A stretch of DNA of 64,000 nt from contig NZ_CANMNP010000021.1 in assembly GCF_947499295.1 (NCBI RefSeq), positions 2,092 through 66,091 on the forward strand. The letters are read 5' to 3'. Below are positions 28,326 to 39,884 of this stretch, piece after piece. The stretch is from an uncultured Roseibium sp. Its GTDB lineage: Bacteria; Pseudomonadota; Alphaproteobacteria; Rhizobiales; Stappiaceae. Position 1 is the stretch's first letter. Each line of letters starts with the position of its first letter. The position numbers were made by a program, and so were the translations under genes. Below the pieces are notes generated by a model, which was not told the origin of the DNA, did no database searches, and worked only from the letters and a program-made list of their open reading frames with translations.

Positions 28326-30990
28326 CCTCCGAGATCTCCCTGCTGAAACCATCAATGATCGCCTGGATCTCAGAACGGCAAGACCCGCAATTCGTTCCGG
28401 CCTCCAGGCAAGCACCAATGGCGCTTAAACTGGTGGCTCCATCCTTGACAGCAGCTGCAATCTGGCTGTTGCCGACCTGAAAGCAGGAACAGACGATAGC
28501 GCCCTTGTCGGGCATATCAGCTGGAGAGCGACCCGCCAGAACCTTGAAACGCTGGTCCCTGGAAAGGGCAGGGTTCTCAAGCAGGCTGCAGGCCCATTGA
28601 CGCGACACGGAAACTGGATCTTTTGAAAAGAAAAATGCCCCGTCCAAATCATCGCCGCACCACCCGGCAAAGCGCAGATTTCCAGATTTGCGATCTTCGA
28701 AACTGAGCGGCTCTATTGCGTCGCCCATAAGGCTTTCGGCAAGAGCTGCGAGATCGATCTGCTCAATTCCGGCCATCTCGATCCGCCAACCGCCTCTGGT
28801 CGGTGCGACCGCCCAATAATCAACGTCCAGCTTCTGTGGCTTGATGCGCACGACAGCGAAGCCGTACCAGGAAAACTGTATTTTCCGAATTGCGACCGGG
28901 GTGAATTTCGATCCCGGTTGACCGGAGACAGGGTCGGTTTCAGGCGCGACAACGGCGTCCACCCGTGCTTGGGAGGCGACCTGATCCGTCCAGTGCATCG
29001 GCACAAACACTGTGCCTTTGAGGACTTTTTCCGTCACCTGCGCACGCACCACGACCGCGCCAAACGGGCTTTTCACCTCAACCAGGTCGGCCGCTTTGAT
29101 GCCGGATTGCTCTGCATCCGATGGATGAATTTCCAGGTAAGGCTCTGCAATATGTGTGGCGAGGCGCGGAGTCTTACCGGTCCGGGTCATCGTATGCCAT
29201 TGATCGCGGATACGGCCTGTGTTGAGAACAAAAGGATATTTGCGTCCGATCTCGCGCGGCTCTCCGACTTTCGTTGCCACGAAAGTCGCCTTGCTATCTG
29301 GGGTGAAGAAGTTTCCGTGTGCGAAAAAACGTGTATCTCCGTCTGACCGCCTCTTACTCGACTGCGGCCACTGGAGGGGTTCCAGGCCGTCGAATTCCGA
29401 AAGTGTCAGGCCAGCCAAGGCGCTGATATCAAAATCGCGGCTGCCCCGGTTTTCATGTCCGGAGAGAGCGGCGTGTTCGCGAAAGATCGCATCAGGACCT
29501 GAATAGTCAAAGGCCTCTTCGAAGCCCATACGACAGGCAACCTCACTCAATTGCCACCAATCAGGTCTGGTTTCTCCCGGAAGATCGAGCAGGCTTCTCT
29601 GCCTTGAAATCCGCCGTTCTGAATTGGTAACAGTGCCATCTTTTTCGCCCCAGGCAGCTGCTGGCAGCAGCACATTGGCATACTCAACCGTATCAGCGGC
29701 CCTGGTCACGTCGGAAACAACAACGAACGGACACGTTTTCAGAGCATCGGCAACGCCATCGGCATCCGGCAGGCTGTCGACAGGGTTTGTCGCCATGATC
29801 CACAAAGCCTTGATCTTACCGCTGCGCACCGCACGGAACAGATCAACCGCCTTGAGCCCTGGCCTTTCGGCAATGACCGGACTTTGCCAGAATTCTTGTA
29901 CAATGGCGCGATGCCTCGGGTTCTCGATCGCCATATGCGCTGCAAGCATATTGGCAAGGCCGCCAACCTCTCGCCCACCCATAGCATTGGGTTGCCCTGT
30001 CACCGAGAAGGGGCCCATGCCTGCTCTACCGATGCGTCCGGTTGCCAAGTGGGTATTGATGATCGCATTGACCTTGTCGGTCCCGGTGGTGGACTGATTG
30101 ACGCCCTGGCTATAAACGGTGACGGTTTTTTCCGTGCGCGCAACCATAGTGTAATAAGTTGCCAGATCACGCGGCGCCAGACCTGTCGCCTTTGCAATCT
30201 GTTTGATTTCACAAGCGCCAGCCATCGCCAACGCGTCTTCAAATCCCTTCGTGTGGGTCTTGATATAGGCCTGGTTCAACGCCCCGGCTTCCGACAGGAA
30301 TGCCAGCAGACCGTTGAACAGGGCGACGTCAGTGTCGGGCTTCAGCGCCAGATGCAGATCCGCGATGGCGCAGGTTGCCGTTTCTCTCGGGTCAACCACA
30401 ACGACCTGCATCTGCGGATTGGCCGCCTTCGCAGCTTCGACCCTCTGAAATAGAACAGGATGGCACCAGGCAAGGTTGGACCCGACCAGCACCAGCAGCT
30501 CACAGGTCTCCAGATCCTCATAGGTTCCCGGGACCGTATCACTGCCAAATGCGCGCCGATGACCGGCAACCGAAGAGGCCATGCACAAACGCGAATTCGT
30601 GTCGATATTGGCCGACCCGATAAACCCCTTCATCAGCTTGTTCGCGACGTAATAATCTTCAGTCAGTATTTGACCTGATACATAAAAGGCAACGCTATCG
30701 GGCCCGTGTTCGCGAACAGCCTGGGAGAAGCGCCCTGCGACAAGATCGAGAGCCTCGTCCCAACTTGCTTGTGTGCCCTCGATTTCCGGATGAAGCAGCC
30801 GATCGTCCAGTGAAAGCGTCTCACCCAGGGCCGAGCCCTTGGAACACAGTCGTCCGAAATTCGACGGGTGTTCCGGATCACCTGAAATGGCGACCGACCC
30901 ATCCTCCTTGACCTGTGCAAGCACGCCGCAACCCACCCCGCAATAGGGGCACGTTGTCTTGACCGTTTTTACTGTTTCTTGACCGGCCAT
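28300..30990 (-). CDS. nasA: Assimilatory nitrate reductase catalytic subunit (Mo-bisPGD)
   Basis: TTCPYCGVGCG...LCSKG, SNLAWCHP, LNTGRIRDQWHTMTRT and a C-terminal BFD-like CSCFQVG...CGSC. Start at ATG 30990 after AAGGAG. Confidence 0.95.
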   Translation of the reverse strand: MAGQETVKTVKTTCPYCGVGCGVLAQVKEDGSVAISGDPEHPSNFGRLCSKGSALGETLSLDDRLLHPEIEGTQASWDEALDLVAGRFSQAVREHGPDSVAFYVSGQILTEDYYVANKLMKGFIGSANIDTNSRLCMASSVAGHRRAFGSDTVPGTYEDLETCELLVLVGSNLAWCHPVLFQRVEAAKAANPQMQVVVVDPRETATCAIADLHLALKPDTDVALFNGLLAFLSEAGALNQAYIKTHTKGFEDALAMAGACEIKQIAKATGLAPRDLATYYTMVARTEKTVTVYSQGVNQSTTGTDKVNAIINTHLATGRIGRAGMGPFSVTGQPNAMGGREVGGLANMLAAHMAIENPRHRAIVQEFWQSPVIAERPGLKAVDLFRAVRSGKIKALWIMATNPVDSLPDADGVADALKTCPFVVVSDVTRAADTVEYANVLLPAAAWGEKDGTVTNSERRISRQRSLLDLPGETRPDWWQLSEVACRMGFEEAFDYSGPDAIFREHAALSGHENRGSRDFDISALAGLTLSEFDGLEPLQWPQSSKRRSDGDTRFFAHGNFFTPDSKATFVATKVGEPREIGRKYPFVLNTGRIRDQWHTMTRTGKTPRLATHIAEPYLEIHPSDAEQSGIKAADLVEVKSPFGAVVVRAQVTEKVLKGTVFVPMHWTDQVASQARVDAVVAPETDPVSGQPGSKFTPVAIRKIQFSWYGFAVVRIKPQKLDVDYWAVAPTRGGWRIEMAGIEQIDLAALAESLMGDAIEPLSFEDRKSGNLRFAGWCGDDLDGAFFFSKDPVSVSRQWACSLLENPALSRDQRFKVLAGRSPADMPDKGAIVCSCFQVGNSQIAAAVKDGATSLSAIGACLEAGTNCGSCRSEIQAIIDGFSREISEDVDIAQAG

Positions 30991-31039
30991 ACGGCGAAGC
31001 TCCTTGGGCTTTCCTCGATTTTTGTTTTGATGTGTTTGT

Positions 31040-31387
31040 TCAGGCAGCCGTTCGGCGGGCCAGATCGTCGGCTGCGAGCAAAATCGTTCCGTTCTCGATC
31101 TTTGCGGTCGTGACGGGAACCTTGCCGTTGTCAGCGCCTTGTGCGAGGCCCGTTGCGAGATCAAAAACCCAGTTGTGCAAGGGGCAGGTCACAGACGTCC
31201 CATGGACGATGCCCTGGCTGAGCGGCCCGCCCTTGTGAGGGCAGCGATCATCAAGCGCGTAGACCTCATCATTGACGGTTCTGAACACCGCGATACAACC
31301 AGCCGATGTTTTCACAACCCGTGCGCCCTCGCGAGGTATGTCGGACAACGCTCCGATAGCGACCCAGTTTCTGGTTTCCGCCGTCAT
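31040..31387 (-). CDS. nirD: Nitrite reductase small subunit (Rieske)
   Basis: CPHKGGPL and CPLHNW motifs. Confidence 0.92.
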   Translation of the reverse strand: MTAETRNWVAIGALSDIPREGARVVKTSAGCIAVFRTVNDEVYALDDRCPHKGGPLSQGIVHGTSVTCPLHNWVFDLATGLAQGADNGKVPVTTAKIENGTILLAADDLARRTAA

Positions 31388-33837
31388 TCCGCAGCCTCCC
31401 TGGTGAATACAGCCATAGGATTGAATTCGTGTTTGTCCTTCCCGGACACACGCTCTGACCAGGGATCAACCTGTGCGAATTTCTGCGAGAAGACGAAGCG
31501 CTCGAAATAGGCTTTGCGCCGATCATGATCTTCCATGATCTGTTGCCGGATCTCGTCATATCCGACACGCTTTGCCCATTTGTAGATCCGCTCCAGATAC
31601 CAGCCCTGCTCCCGGTACATCTGCGTGAGCGCGACAACATGCTCAAGGACCTCTTTCTCGGTCTTGACCAGCCCAAGGACTTCCGTCCCCTTGATATCGA
31701 GGCCGGCGGCACCGGCGTAGTGGATCTCAAATCCGCTGTCGACACAGACCACGCCAATGTCCTTGCAAGTCGCCTCAGAACAGTTGCGCGGGCAGCCGGA
31801 GACCGCCAGTTTCAGTTTTGCCGGCGTCCAGGACCCCCACATGAATTTTTCGAGCTTGATGCCGAGACCGGTAGAATCCTGAGTTCCGAAACGGCACCAG
31901 TCGGATCCAACACAGGTTTTGACGGTACGCAGGCCCTTTGCATACGCTTGACCGGAAACAAATCCCGCCTTCCCAAGGTCTTCCCAGACCGCCGGCAGGT
32001 CTTCTTTCTTGATACCCAGCATGTCGATGCGCTGACCGCCGGTACATTTGACCGCCGGGATGTCGAATTTGTCGACAACGTCGGCAATCGCCCTCAGTTC
32101 CTTGGACGATGTCATCCCGCCCCACATCCGCGGAACAACCGAATATGTGCCGTCTTTCTGAATGTTGGCGTGAACACGCTCATTGATGAACCGGGATTGA
32201 TAGTCATCGGCATATTCATCCGGCCAGTCCGAAACCAGATAATAGTTCAGCGCCGGGCGGCACTTGGCACAGCCACCGGACGTCGTCCACTCCAGTTCCT
32301 GCATGACTGACGGAATGGTTTTGAGTTCCTTCGACTTGATAAGACGACGAACCTCGTCATGGCCCAGAGGGGTACAGCCGCACATGGGTGTCACCGCCGC
32401 CGGGTTGTATGCATCGCCAAGGGTCACTTGCATCAGCTGCTCGACCAGGCCGGAGCAGGTTCCGCAAGACGCAGAAGCCTTGGTATGCGCCCGGACATCA
32501 TCCAGGCTGTTCAGGTCCTTTTCCCTGATCGTGGTAACGATCTTTCCTTTACATACGCCGTTGCAGCCGCAGATTTCCGCATCATCCGGCAAGGCTGCAA
32601 CGGCCGCCATAGGGTCCAGCGGGGCACTCCCCTGGTAGGCCTGGCCAAAAATCAGTGTCTCGCGCATTTCCGAGACATCCGTTCCCTTCTTGAGCAGATC
32701 GAAGAACCAAGGACCATCGGACGTCTCCCCATAAAGGACCGCTCCAATGATCTTGTCGTCCTTCAGGACAAGGCGTTTGTAGACACCAGCAGCCGCGTCC
32801 CGCAGTACGATCTCTTCGCGATCCTCGCCTTCTGCAAAGTCGCCAGCGGAATAAAGATCAACTCCGGTTACCTTGAGCTTGGTCGCCGTGACAGAGCCGG
32901 CGTAGCCCGACGATCCCTCCAGCAGATTGTCGGCAATCACCTCCGCCATTTCATAAAGGGGTGCAACCAGACCGTAGCAGGCGCCCTGATGTTCGACACA
33001 TTCGCCAAGGGCGAAAATGTCGGTATCGCTGGTCCGCATGTCATCCGTGACGAGTATACCGCGATTAACGTCTAGCCCGATGGATTTCGCCAGTCCGGTT
33101 GATGGCCGGATGCCAACAGCCATGACGATGATACCCGCTTCGATCTCCGCACCGTCATCCAGACGTATAGCCTTCACATTGCCATTGCCGTCATCGACAA
33201 TCTCGTGGCTATTGGCTTTGGTACGGACATCAATGCCACGCCGCTTGAATTCTTCTTCCAGTAGGTGCCCTGCGGCCGGGTCGAGCTGACGTTCCATAAG
33301 GGTCGGCATGAGATGAAGAACGGTGACCTCCATACCCTGCATTTTCAAACCGGCGGCCGCTTCCAATCCCAGAAGTCCGCCACCAATCACCACTGCGCGC
33401 CCACCGCGTTCAGCCGCTGCAAGCATCTTGTCCACATCATCCAGATCCCGGTAGGTCAGAACGCCATCGAGGTCTTTGCCCGGAAGCGGAATGATGAATG
33501 GGTTGGAACCTGTCGCAATCACCAGCTTGTCGTACGTGGCAGTAACACCGTTTTCCGACGTGACGGTTTTTGAGGTCCGGTCGATATTGCTCACACGCGC
33601 CGACTTGTGAAGCGTGATGCCATGCTCGGCATACCAATCATCACCATGGGTGATGATGTCTTCATAGGTTTTCTCCCCAGAGAGGACAGGGGACAACATC
33701 AACCTGTTGTAGTTGACCCTCGGCTCGGCGTTGAAAATTGTGACCTCGTAGGCCTCTTTGTCCTTTTCGAGCAGATATTCAAGCATCCGCCCTGGGGCCA
33801 TGCCGTTCCCGACGATGACAAGTTTCTGTTTGCTCAT
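31384..33837 (-). CDS. nirB: NAD(P)H nitrite reductase large subunit
   Basis: GNGMA, GGGLLGLE, CGCNGVCK, KTCVGSDWC and SGCPRNC siroheme motifs. Start at ATG 33837 after GGGGAGG. Confidence 0.96.
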   Translation of the reverse strand: MSKQKLVIVGNGMAPGRMLEYLLEKDKEAYEVTIFNAEPRVNYNRLMLSPVLSGEKTYEDIITHGDDWYAEHGITLHKSARVSNIDRTSKTVTSENGVTATYDKLVIATGSNPFIIPLPGKDLDGVLTYRDLDDVDKMLAAAERGGRAVVIGGGLLGLEAAAGLKMQGMEVTVLHLMPTLMERQLDPAAGHLLEEEFKRRGIDVRTKANSHEIVDDGNGNVKAIRLDDGAEIEAGIIVMAVGIRPSTGLAKSIGLDVNRGILVTDDMRTSDTDIFALGECVEHQGACYGLVAPLYEMAEVIADNLLEGSSGYAGSVTATKLKVTGVDLYSAGDFAEGEDREEIVLRDAAAGVYKRLVLKDDKIIGAVLYGETSDGPWFFDLLKKGTDVSEMRETLIFGQAYQGSAPLDPMAAVAALPDDAEICGCNGVCKGKIVTTIREKDLNSLDDVRAHTKASASCGTCSGLVEQLMQVTLGDAYNPAAVTPMCGCTPLGHDEVRRLIKSKELKTIPSVMQELEWTTSGGCAKCRPALNYYLVSDWPDEYADDYQSRFINERVHANIQKDGTYSVVPRMWGGMTSSKELRAIADVVDKFDIPAVKCTGGQRIDMLGIKKEDLPAVWEDLGKAGFVSGQAYAKGLRTVKTCVGSDWCRFGTQDSTGLGIKLEKFMWGSWTPAKLKLAVSGCPRNCSEATCKDIGVVCVDSGFEIHYAGAAGLDIKGTEVLGLVKTEKEVLEHVVALTQMYREQGWYLERIYKWAKRVGYDEIRQQIMEDHDRRKAYFERFVFSQKFAQVDPWSERVSGKDKHEFNPMAVFTREAAE

Positions 33838-33854
33838 TGTCTTCCTCCCCGGCT

Positions 33855-35615
33855 TCACTCAGCTGCCTCTATCGCGGCTCTCTGCCTGGCCATGCGGGCT
33901 GCGCGTTTTTCCTGGATGGATTTCAGTTGGTCTTCACTTGGATCTGCGCCGCCCTCATAAGCTTCAAGGAAATCGAGAAGCTCTTCGCGATAGGCGTAAT
34001 AATCCGGATGCGCGAGCAGCTCTTTACGCGAACGAGGGCGCGGAAGATCGACCTCCATGATGTTGCCGATCCGGGCATTCGGCCCGTTCGACATCATCAC
34101 AACCCGGTCTGCGAGCAGAATGGCTTCGTCGACGTCATGAGTGACGCAGACCGCAGTCACCTGCGTGCGCTTCCAGACATCCATCAGAACGTCCTGAAGC
34201 TCCCAACGCGTCAGGCTGTCCAGCATTCCAAAAGGCTCGTCGAGCAGAAGCAACTTCGGTGACAACGCGAATGCACGTGCAATACCGACGCGTTGTTTCA
34301 TGCCGTTGGAAAGATCCACCGCCGCCTTTTGCATGGCATCTGCCAGGCCAACTTTCGACAGGTAGTATTCGATGACATCGCGCTTTTCTGCCTTGGATGC
34401 ATCTGGATACACCTTGTCGACACCCAGTTCGACATTCTCATAAGCTGTCAGCCAGGGCATCAGACTTGGAGCCTGAAATACAACGGCCCTGTCAGGACCG
34501 GCCTGGGTGACATGAGTGCCGTCGAGGACGATCGCACCTTCCGTGATCGGGTTTAGCCCTGCGACCATTGAAAGGACCGTTGACTTGCCGCAGCCGGAGT
34601 GACCAATCAGGGTGATGAACTCGCCCTTCTTCATCTTCAGTTCAAAACCGTCGACAACGGTCAGCGGCCCTTTGGGGGTCGGATAGACCTTCTTCAACTG
34701 TGAGAAATCGAGAAAACGGTCCTGATTGAAGCTCTCTGCCGCGCGCTCATAGGCGACGGGCAGCTTGTCGCCCTTCTTGGTCCGCTGCGTGATCGGCACA
34801 ATATTGGGCAAGACGATATCGCGTTCCAGATCAGCTCCACGCTCGGCGCCGACCTGCATCAGGTATTCCGTAACTTCGGCACGCAATCTGATGAAATCGT
34901 CGTCGTGGTTCAGTTCACCCCGTTCACGTGGCCGCTTGAACGGCACCTTGAATTCAGGACCAAGCGTCGCTGGCGTGCCCGGTTTGAGCGGAAGGATACG
35001 GTCGGCAAGAAGAATGGCTTCGTCCACATCATTGGTGATGAGGACAATCGTCTTCTTCTCCTCTTCGCAAATTGCCGCGAATTCGTCCTGAAGCTTCGCA
35101 CGGGTCAGAGCGTCGAGTGCCGATAGCGGCTCATCAAGCAAGAGCAACTCCGGCTGCATCGCAAGCGCTCGGGCAACCGCAACACGCTGGCGCATACCGC
35201 CGGAAAGCTCAGCAGGCTTTCGCTCGCGGGCATGACCCAGCCCCACCATGTCGATATACTTGTCGCAGATTTCCTTGCGTTCCTTGGCGCTCTTCTTTTT
35301 GAAGACACTGTCGACCGCGAGCGCGACATTTCCTGAAACCGAGAGCCACGGCATCAGCGAATAGGACTGAAACACGACACCCCGGTCCGGGCTCGGCCCA
35401 TCTATCTCCTTGCCTTTGAACACAATGCCGCCCGCATCAGGTTCCATGAGGCCAGCCAGAAGCGAGATGAGCGTTGTCTTGCCGGTGCCGGAGAACCCGA
35501 CAATGGCAATGAATTCGCCTTCTTCCACTTTCAGGTTGATGTCTTCAAGGACGTCAGTCCGGCTTGCAGCTTCGCCATAACATTTGGAGACGCCGGCTAT
35601 TTCCAGAAAGGACAT
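33855..35615 (-). CDS. Nitrate ABC transporter ATPase, tandem NrtC/NrtD fusion
   Basis: Two NBDs: [18 protein letters not shown] and [18 protein letters not shown]. Confidence 0.9.
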   Translation of the reverse strand: MSFLEIAGVSKCYGEAASRTDVLEDINLKVEEGEFIAIVGFSGTGKTTLISLLAGLMEPDAGGIVFKGKEIDGPSPDRGVVFQSYSLMPWLSVSGNVALAVDSVFKKKSAKERKEICDKYIDMVGLGHARERKPAELSGGMRQRVAVARALAMQPELLLLDEPLSALDALTRAKLQDEFAAICEEEKKTIVLITNDVDEAILLADRILPLKPGTPATLGPEFKVPFKRPRERGELNHDDDFIRLRAEVTEYLMQVGAERGADLERDIVLPNIVPITQRTKKGDKLPVAYERAAESFNQDRFLDFSQLKKVYPTPKGPLTVVDGFELKMKKGEFITLIGHSGCGKSTVLSMVAGLNPITEGAIVLDGTHVTQAGPDRAVVFQAPSLMPWLTAYENVELGVDKVYPDASKAEKRDVIEYYLSKVGLADAMQKAAVDLSNGMKQRVGIARAFALSPKLLLLDEPFGMLDSLTRWELQDVLMDVWKRTQVTAVCVTHDVDEAILLADRVVMMSNGPNARIGNIMEVDLPRPRSRKELLAHPDYYAYREELLDFLEAYEGGADPSEDQLKSIQEKRAARMARQRAAIEAAE

Positions 35616-35626
35616 ATCTGCACTCC

Positions 35627-36709
35627 TTATCTGTTGGCCGAGAAAGTGAAGGCACGCTGGAGGGCAAACATCAGACGGTCGAGCATGAAGCCGATAATCC
35701 CGATGGTCAGAACAGCGACCATGATTTTCGCAAGCGACTGGGAAGACCCGTTCTGGAATTCATCCCAAACGAACTTTCCAAGACCCGGGTTCTGGGCCAG
35801 CATTTCCGCTGCAATCAACACCATCCAGCCCACGCCGAGAGACAGGCGCAAACCAGTGAAAATCAAAGGAAGTGAAGACGGCAGGACCAGCTTGGTCACC
35901 GTTTTCCATGTCGGCAGTTGAAGGACTCTGCCGACATTCATCAGGTCCTTGTCGACCGATGCGACACCGAGCGCGGTGTTGATCAGCGTCGGCCACATGG
36001 AGCAGAGCGTAACAGTGACGGCAGAGATCAGGAGCGACTTCGACAACCAGTCATAGGGATTGGCGTAGGTTGCCGACACGATCATGGTCACGATAGGCAG
36101 CCAGGCGAGCGGCGAAACAGGTTTGAAGATCTGTATGAGTGGGTTGATCGCACCGTTGAAGGTTCTGGAAAGACCGGACGCAATGCCAAGCGGCACCGCG
36201 ATGATTGTGGCGATCAGAAAACCGAGGCCGACGGTTTTAAGCGATGTCCCGATCTGATCGATGTAAGTCGGCTTGCCTGTATAGGTACGCCACTTAATCT
36301 TGTCGGTCTTGCCTTCGGCTTCAAATTTGGCGTTGCGCGTGTCTTGCCGCTCATAAAACACAGCGGCTTTTTCGCGTTCGCGGACATGATCTTCCCAAAG
36401 ATTGATTGTTTGCGCCCAAACCTGCGCGGGCCCGGGCACCGCTCCAAGAGACGTTTGAACCTGTGGCGCCAGAACACCCCAGAGCGCCAGAAATGCAGCA
36501 ATCCCGAGAATGGGAATTAAAAGAACGCGCTTCAACTCACCGAGTTGCTCTTTTGGACTGTCGCCGGCAGCGATTTTCAAGAGCGGCACAGACCAGGACA
36601 GGCCAAGTGCATCCAGCCAACCGGCAGCTTTGTTAATTCGGGTGAAAAGCCGTTCCTTGCGCGCGATGCGCTCAAGGTCCTGGCTGCCTGCAATATCGGC
36701 ATTGGCCAT
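35627..36709 (-). CDS. nrtB: Nitrate ABC transporter permease
   Basis: [21 protein letters not shown] and IAAEML motifs. Confidence 0.9.
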   Translation of the reverse strand: MANADIAGSQDLERIARKERLFTRINKAAGWLDALGLSWSVPLLKIAAGDSPKEQLGELKRVLLIPILGIAAFLALWGVLAPQVQTSLGAVPGPAQVWAQTINLWEDHVREREKAAVFYERQDTRNAKFEAEGKTDKIKWRTYTGKPTYIDQIGTSLKTVGLGFLIATIIAVPLGIASGLSRTFNGAINPLIQIFKPVSPLAWLPIVTMIVSATYANPYDWLSKSLLISAVTVTLCSMWPTLINTALGVASVDKDLMNVGRVLQLPTWKTVTKLVLPSSLPLIFTGLRLSLGVGWMVLIAAEMLAQNPGLGKFVWDEFQNGSSQSLAKIMVAVLTIGIIGFMLDRLMFALQRAFTFSANR

Positions 36710-36805
36710 GATGAGTGTCCTTGGTCGGATTTCTTTTGTTTCGTTTGAACTTGGAAAAGAGGAGCGGCGAAGGCTGCAAATCCGCCACTCCAGTTTCTCT
36801 GTGGC

Positions 36806-38206
36806 TTAGCCGCCCACAACCTCGTTGCCATCGACGACCTGCTTGCCTTTCAGGCCGATTGGGAGGCTGTCGAGATAGGCATTGGGTTGCTTGCCGTCGT
36901 AGGGGATGCCATCGATGATGTCTTCAGCCGGGGTCGGAGCGCGGTATCCGTCCGTGTCCCATGGGAAGTCTTCTTCGGCGACATGGCCTTCCTCGACCAG
37001 CAATCGTGCTGCCGCCAGGTAGATTTCCGGCTGATAAACCGACTTGGCAACTTCATCATACCAACTGTCGGGTTTGTGCTCGCCGATCTGCCCCCAACGG
37101 CGCATCTGGGTAAGGTACCAGACGGCATCAGAATAGTAGGGATAGGTCGCGAAGTAGCGGTAGAAGACATTGAAGTCCGGAACGTCGCGCTTGTCACCTT
37201 TTTCGTATTCGAAAGTGCCGGTCATGGAGTTCGCAATGACCTCCGCATCAGCACCGACATATTCGGACCTCGCCAGGATCTCGACGGCCTCCATGCGATT
37301 GGCGTTGTCGTTTTCATCGAGCCATTTGGCTGCGCGGATCAGAGCTTTCGTGATTGCAAGCGTCGTGTTCGGGTTTTCTTCGGTAAACGCCTTGGTGAGA
37401 CCGAAGACTTTTTCAGGATTGTTTTTCCAGATCTCGAAGTCGGTGATGACCGGGACGCCGATCCCTTTGAAGACGGCTTGCTGGTTCCATGGCTCTCCCA
37501 CGCAATAGCCATAGATGGTACCGGCTTCCAGGGTTGCCGGCATTTGGGGCGGCGGCGTAACAGACAGCATGGCTTCTGCCTGGATCTGACCGGAAATATC
37601 TGACTCCGAATAAAAACCTGGATGAATGTCACCTGACGCAAGCCAGTAACGCAGTTCGTAATTGTGCGTGGAAACCGGGAAAACCATCCCCATGTTGAAC
37701 GGCTTGCCCTCGTCAATGAACTTGTCGACCACGGGCTTCAGCGCTTTTGCTGAAATCGGATGCTGCGGGCGCCCATCATCCATCTTCGGAATGTTCGGCT
37801 TCATCATTTCCCAAATCTCATTGGAAACGGTGATGCCGTTGCCGTTGAGATCCATGGAGAACGGTGTAACGATATGCGCCTTGGTGCCGAAACCAATCGT
37901 GGCCGCAAGCGGCTGACCAGCCAGCATATGTGCGCCATCAAGTTCACCTGTGATGACCCGATCCAGCAGAACTTTCCAGTTCGCCTGAGGCTCCAGGGTT
38001 ACAAAGAGCCCTTCTTCTTCGAAATAGCCAAGTTCATAGGCGACCGCGAGCGGCGCCATATCTGTCAGTTTGATGAAGCCGAAGGTCAATTCATCCTTTT
38101 CAACATCAAGCATTTCTGCAAATGCGCCGGAAGACGGCACCAAGGCGGTTGCAGCCATGAGTGCGCCAAGAGCAACCCGGCGAGTCATCTGGAAGGTTTT
38201 TGCCAT
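36806..38206 (-). CDS. nrtA: Nitrate ABC transporter periplasmic binding protein
   Basis: Signal peptide ([10 protein letters not shown]), [19 protein letters not shown] and YCVGEPWN motifs. Start at ATG 38206. Confidence 0.9.
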   Translation of the reverse strand: MAKTFQMTRRVALGALMAATALVPSSGAFAEMLDVEKDELTFGFIKLTDMAPLAVAYELGYFEEEGLFVTLEPQANWKVLLDRVITGELDGAHMLAGQPLAATIGFGTKAHIVTPFSMDLNGNGITVSNEIWEMMKPNIPKMDDGRPQHPISAKALKPVVDKFIDEGKPFNMGMVFPVSTHNYELRYWLASGDIHPGFYSESDISGQIQAEAMLSVTPPPQMPATLEAGTIYGYCVGEPWNQQAVFKGIGVPVITDFEIWKNNPEKVFGLTKAFTEENPNTTLAITKALIRAAKWLDENDNANRMEAVEILARSEYVGADAEVIANSMTGTFEYEKGDKRDVPDFNVFYRYFATYPYYSDAVWYLTQMRRWGQIGEHKPDSWYDEVAKSVYQPEIYLAAARLLVEEGHVAEEDFPWDTDGYRAPTPAEDIIDGIPYDGKQPNAYLDSLPIGLKGKQVVDGNEVVGG

Positions 38207-38254
38207 TGTCACGTCCTGTTCCCTTTTTTGCCCCGCTGCCTTGGCATTGGGGCC

Positions 38255-38351
38255 AAACAAAAGAAAAGCCGCCGACTGACCCTGCATGTATGGGAGGAGG
38301 AAACATGCAGATCAGAGCGGCGGCTTTGCCTGTGCGCCCTTCGATGGACGC
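38255..38351 (-). promoter_or_regulatory. ANTAR (NasT) antitermination leader with overlapping intrinsic terminator
   Basis: P1 GCGTCC-ATCGAA-GGGCGC (38351-38334) and P2 GGC-AAAGCC-GCC (38330-38319) both have hexaloops with A1/G4. The terminator arm AAAGCCGCC overlaps P2 and pairs with GGCGGCTTT, followed by TCTTTTGTTT (to 38255). Confidence 0.88.
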
Positions 38352-38390
38352 GATATCGGTTGGGCCAACGTCGGCCACGTCACAATTAAA

Positions 38391-38406
38391 AGCATGAAGT
38401 GTGCCA
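38391..38406 (-). promoter_or_regulatory. sigma54 promoter of the nrt/nir/nas operon
   Basis: TGGCAC-ACTTC-ATGCT (GG-N10-GC) just upstream of the ANTAR leader. Confidence 0.75.
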
Positions 38407-38617
38407 GTTCGTGGAAAACTTTCTTTATTGCTTAAAAACAGACACTTAATTGAAAAAATGGTCTCGATGCATTTCCATAACCTGCTCGTTTAGTCAGCTA
38501 ATGCAGCAGGCAAATGATCTTTTTTTGTGCAACGCAGCGAAATCCGGTGTTTGTTTACCGGCTCATTCGCAAGTCTGATCCGATACCCTGGTAACAAGGG
38601 TCGCACTTCATATCATC

Positions 38618-38648
38618 TGCACCCGATCCGCTTACACATCATGGTGCA
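38618..38648. promoter_or_regulatory. Possible NtrC enhancer half-sites
   Basis: TGCACC at 38618 and ATGGTGCA ending at 38648, about 230 bp upstream of the sigma54 site. Neither 17-mer is a full consensus. Confidence 0.35.
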
Positions 38649-38721
38649 GGGGAACGCTTCGGCAGTCTCCAATCTCTTTCAAAGGGATGGTGTAACGACT
38701 GAACAGAGCATCTCGTTGGCG

Positions 38722-39825
38722 CTAGGCATCAAAGAGTTTGATCGCGGGCTCCAGCCAACTGTCCTCAAGCCCGAGCGCAGACCGGTAGATCTGCGGAGAA
38801 AAAACTGCTTCCGCCTGACTGAAGGCCTCTTCAGATGCAGACGCTTGTCCCCAACGCACCATTTGTTCAAAAAACCAACGGCCATGGGCGGGCATTGGCG
38901 CCGCTTTGGAGCCTCCGGAAAAACTCAAAAAATCGGGTTGGGATAACTCCGGCTCGCCAATATCGAAACGCATCTGTCCGGTGATTGCTGGCATGCAAAT
39001 TTCCATTGGACAAGAAAGAAGATCCGGACGGGAGAGTATGCCAGCCAGTTGCTCGGCGTTTTCCGGAGATGCGCACCATTCGGCCGCCGCTGAAAATGCG
39101 CGTAGCAAGGCAGCAAGTGTTTCGGGATTACGTTCCGCCCAAGTATGCGTCACACCCAATACTTTTTCAGGACTATCCGGCCAGATCGCTTGTTTGTATG
39201 TGACAATCCGACCGGTTCCCGCCGAAACCGCCGCCGTGTTCCATGGTTCGCCAACGCAGTATCCGTCAATCTGCTTTGCTTGCAACGCATCTGCCATGAC
39301 CTGAGGCGCAAGGACTGAAATCTCAACATGAGTGTCCGGATCGACGCCTGCTGCCGCCAGCCAATATCGGAGTTCGTAAGCATGCCCGGAAAAGGGATGC
39401 ACGACACCAAACCGCAAAGGCGGATTTCCGTCGGAGTGCCGCGAAAAGATTATGGATGCCAATGCTTTGCCAGTTGTAACCGGATCCCCTTTCAAATCAG
39501 CTCCAGAGTCAGTCATTTGCTGCCACAGGTCCATCGACACCGTGATGGCGTTACCTCCGAGGCCCAGAAGCATTGGAGCTTTCATGGGGACCGCCAAACT
39601 CGTGAGATTGAGCGTCGCGGCGATCGGCATCGGGGCAAGCATGTGAGCAACATCGAAATGACCGACCGAGATGCGATCTCGGATATTTGCCCAGGAAGTT
39701 TCGCGGACCAGTTTAAGAGCAACCCCCTCTTCCTCGGCAAATCCCATCTCAGCGGCAATTACCGGAACAGCGCAATCAAGCAACGGAATGAAACCAGCTA
39801 TGACGGGTCTTAACTTAGGGTCCAT
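38722..39825 (-). CDS. nasS: Cytoplasmic nitrate/nitrite sensor
   Basis: NrtA-like ([24 protein letters not shown]) without a signal peptide, directly downstream of nasT. Confidence 0.88.
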   Translation of the reverse strand: MDPKLRPVIAGFIPLLDCAVPVIAAEMGFAEEEGVALKLVRETSWANIRDRISVGHFDVAHMLAPMPIAATLNLTSLAVPMKAPMLLGLGGNAITVSMDLWQQMTDSGADLKGDPVTTGKALASIIFSRHSDGNPPLRFGVVHPFSGHAYELRYWLAAAGVDPDTHVEISVLAPQVMADALQAKQIDGYCVGEPWNTAAVSAGTGRIVTYKQAIWPDSPEKVLGVTHTWAERNPETLAALLRAFSAAAEWCASPENAEQLAGILSRPDLLSCPMEICMPAITGQMRFDIGEPELSQPDFLSFSGGSKAAPMPAHGRWFFEQMVRWGQASASEEAFSQAEAVFSPQIYRSALGLEDSWLEPAIKLFDA

Positions 39826-39884
39826 TACTCTTCGCTCCCCTGGTAGGCCGCTCCTCCCCGACCGTTCAATCTGACTGTCATGAT

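Noticed and set aside
38722-39825. Second nitrate transporter binding protein
   Set aside because: No signal peptide and directly follows nasT, so NasS sensor is the better call.
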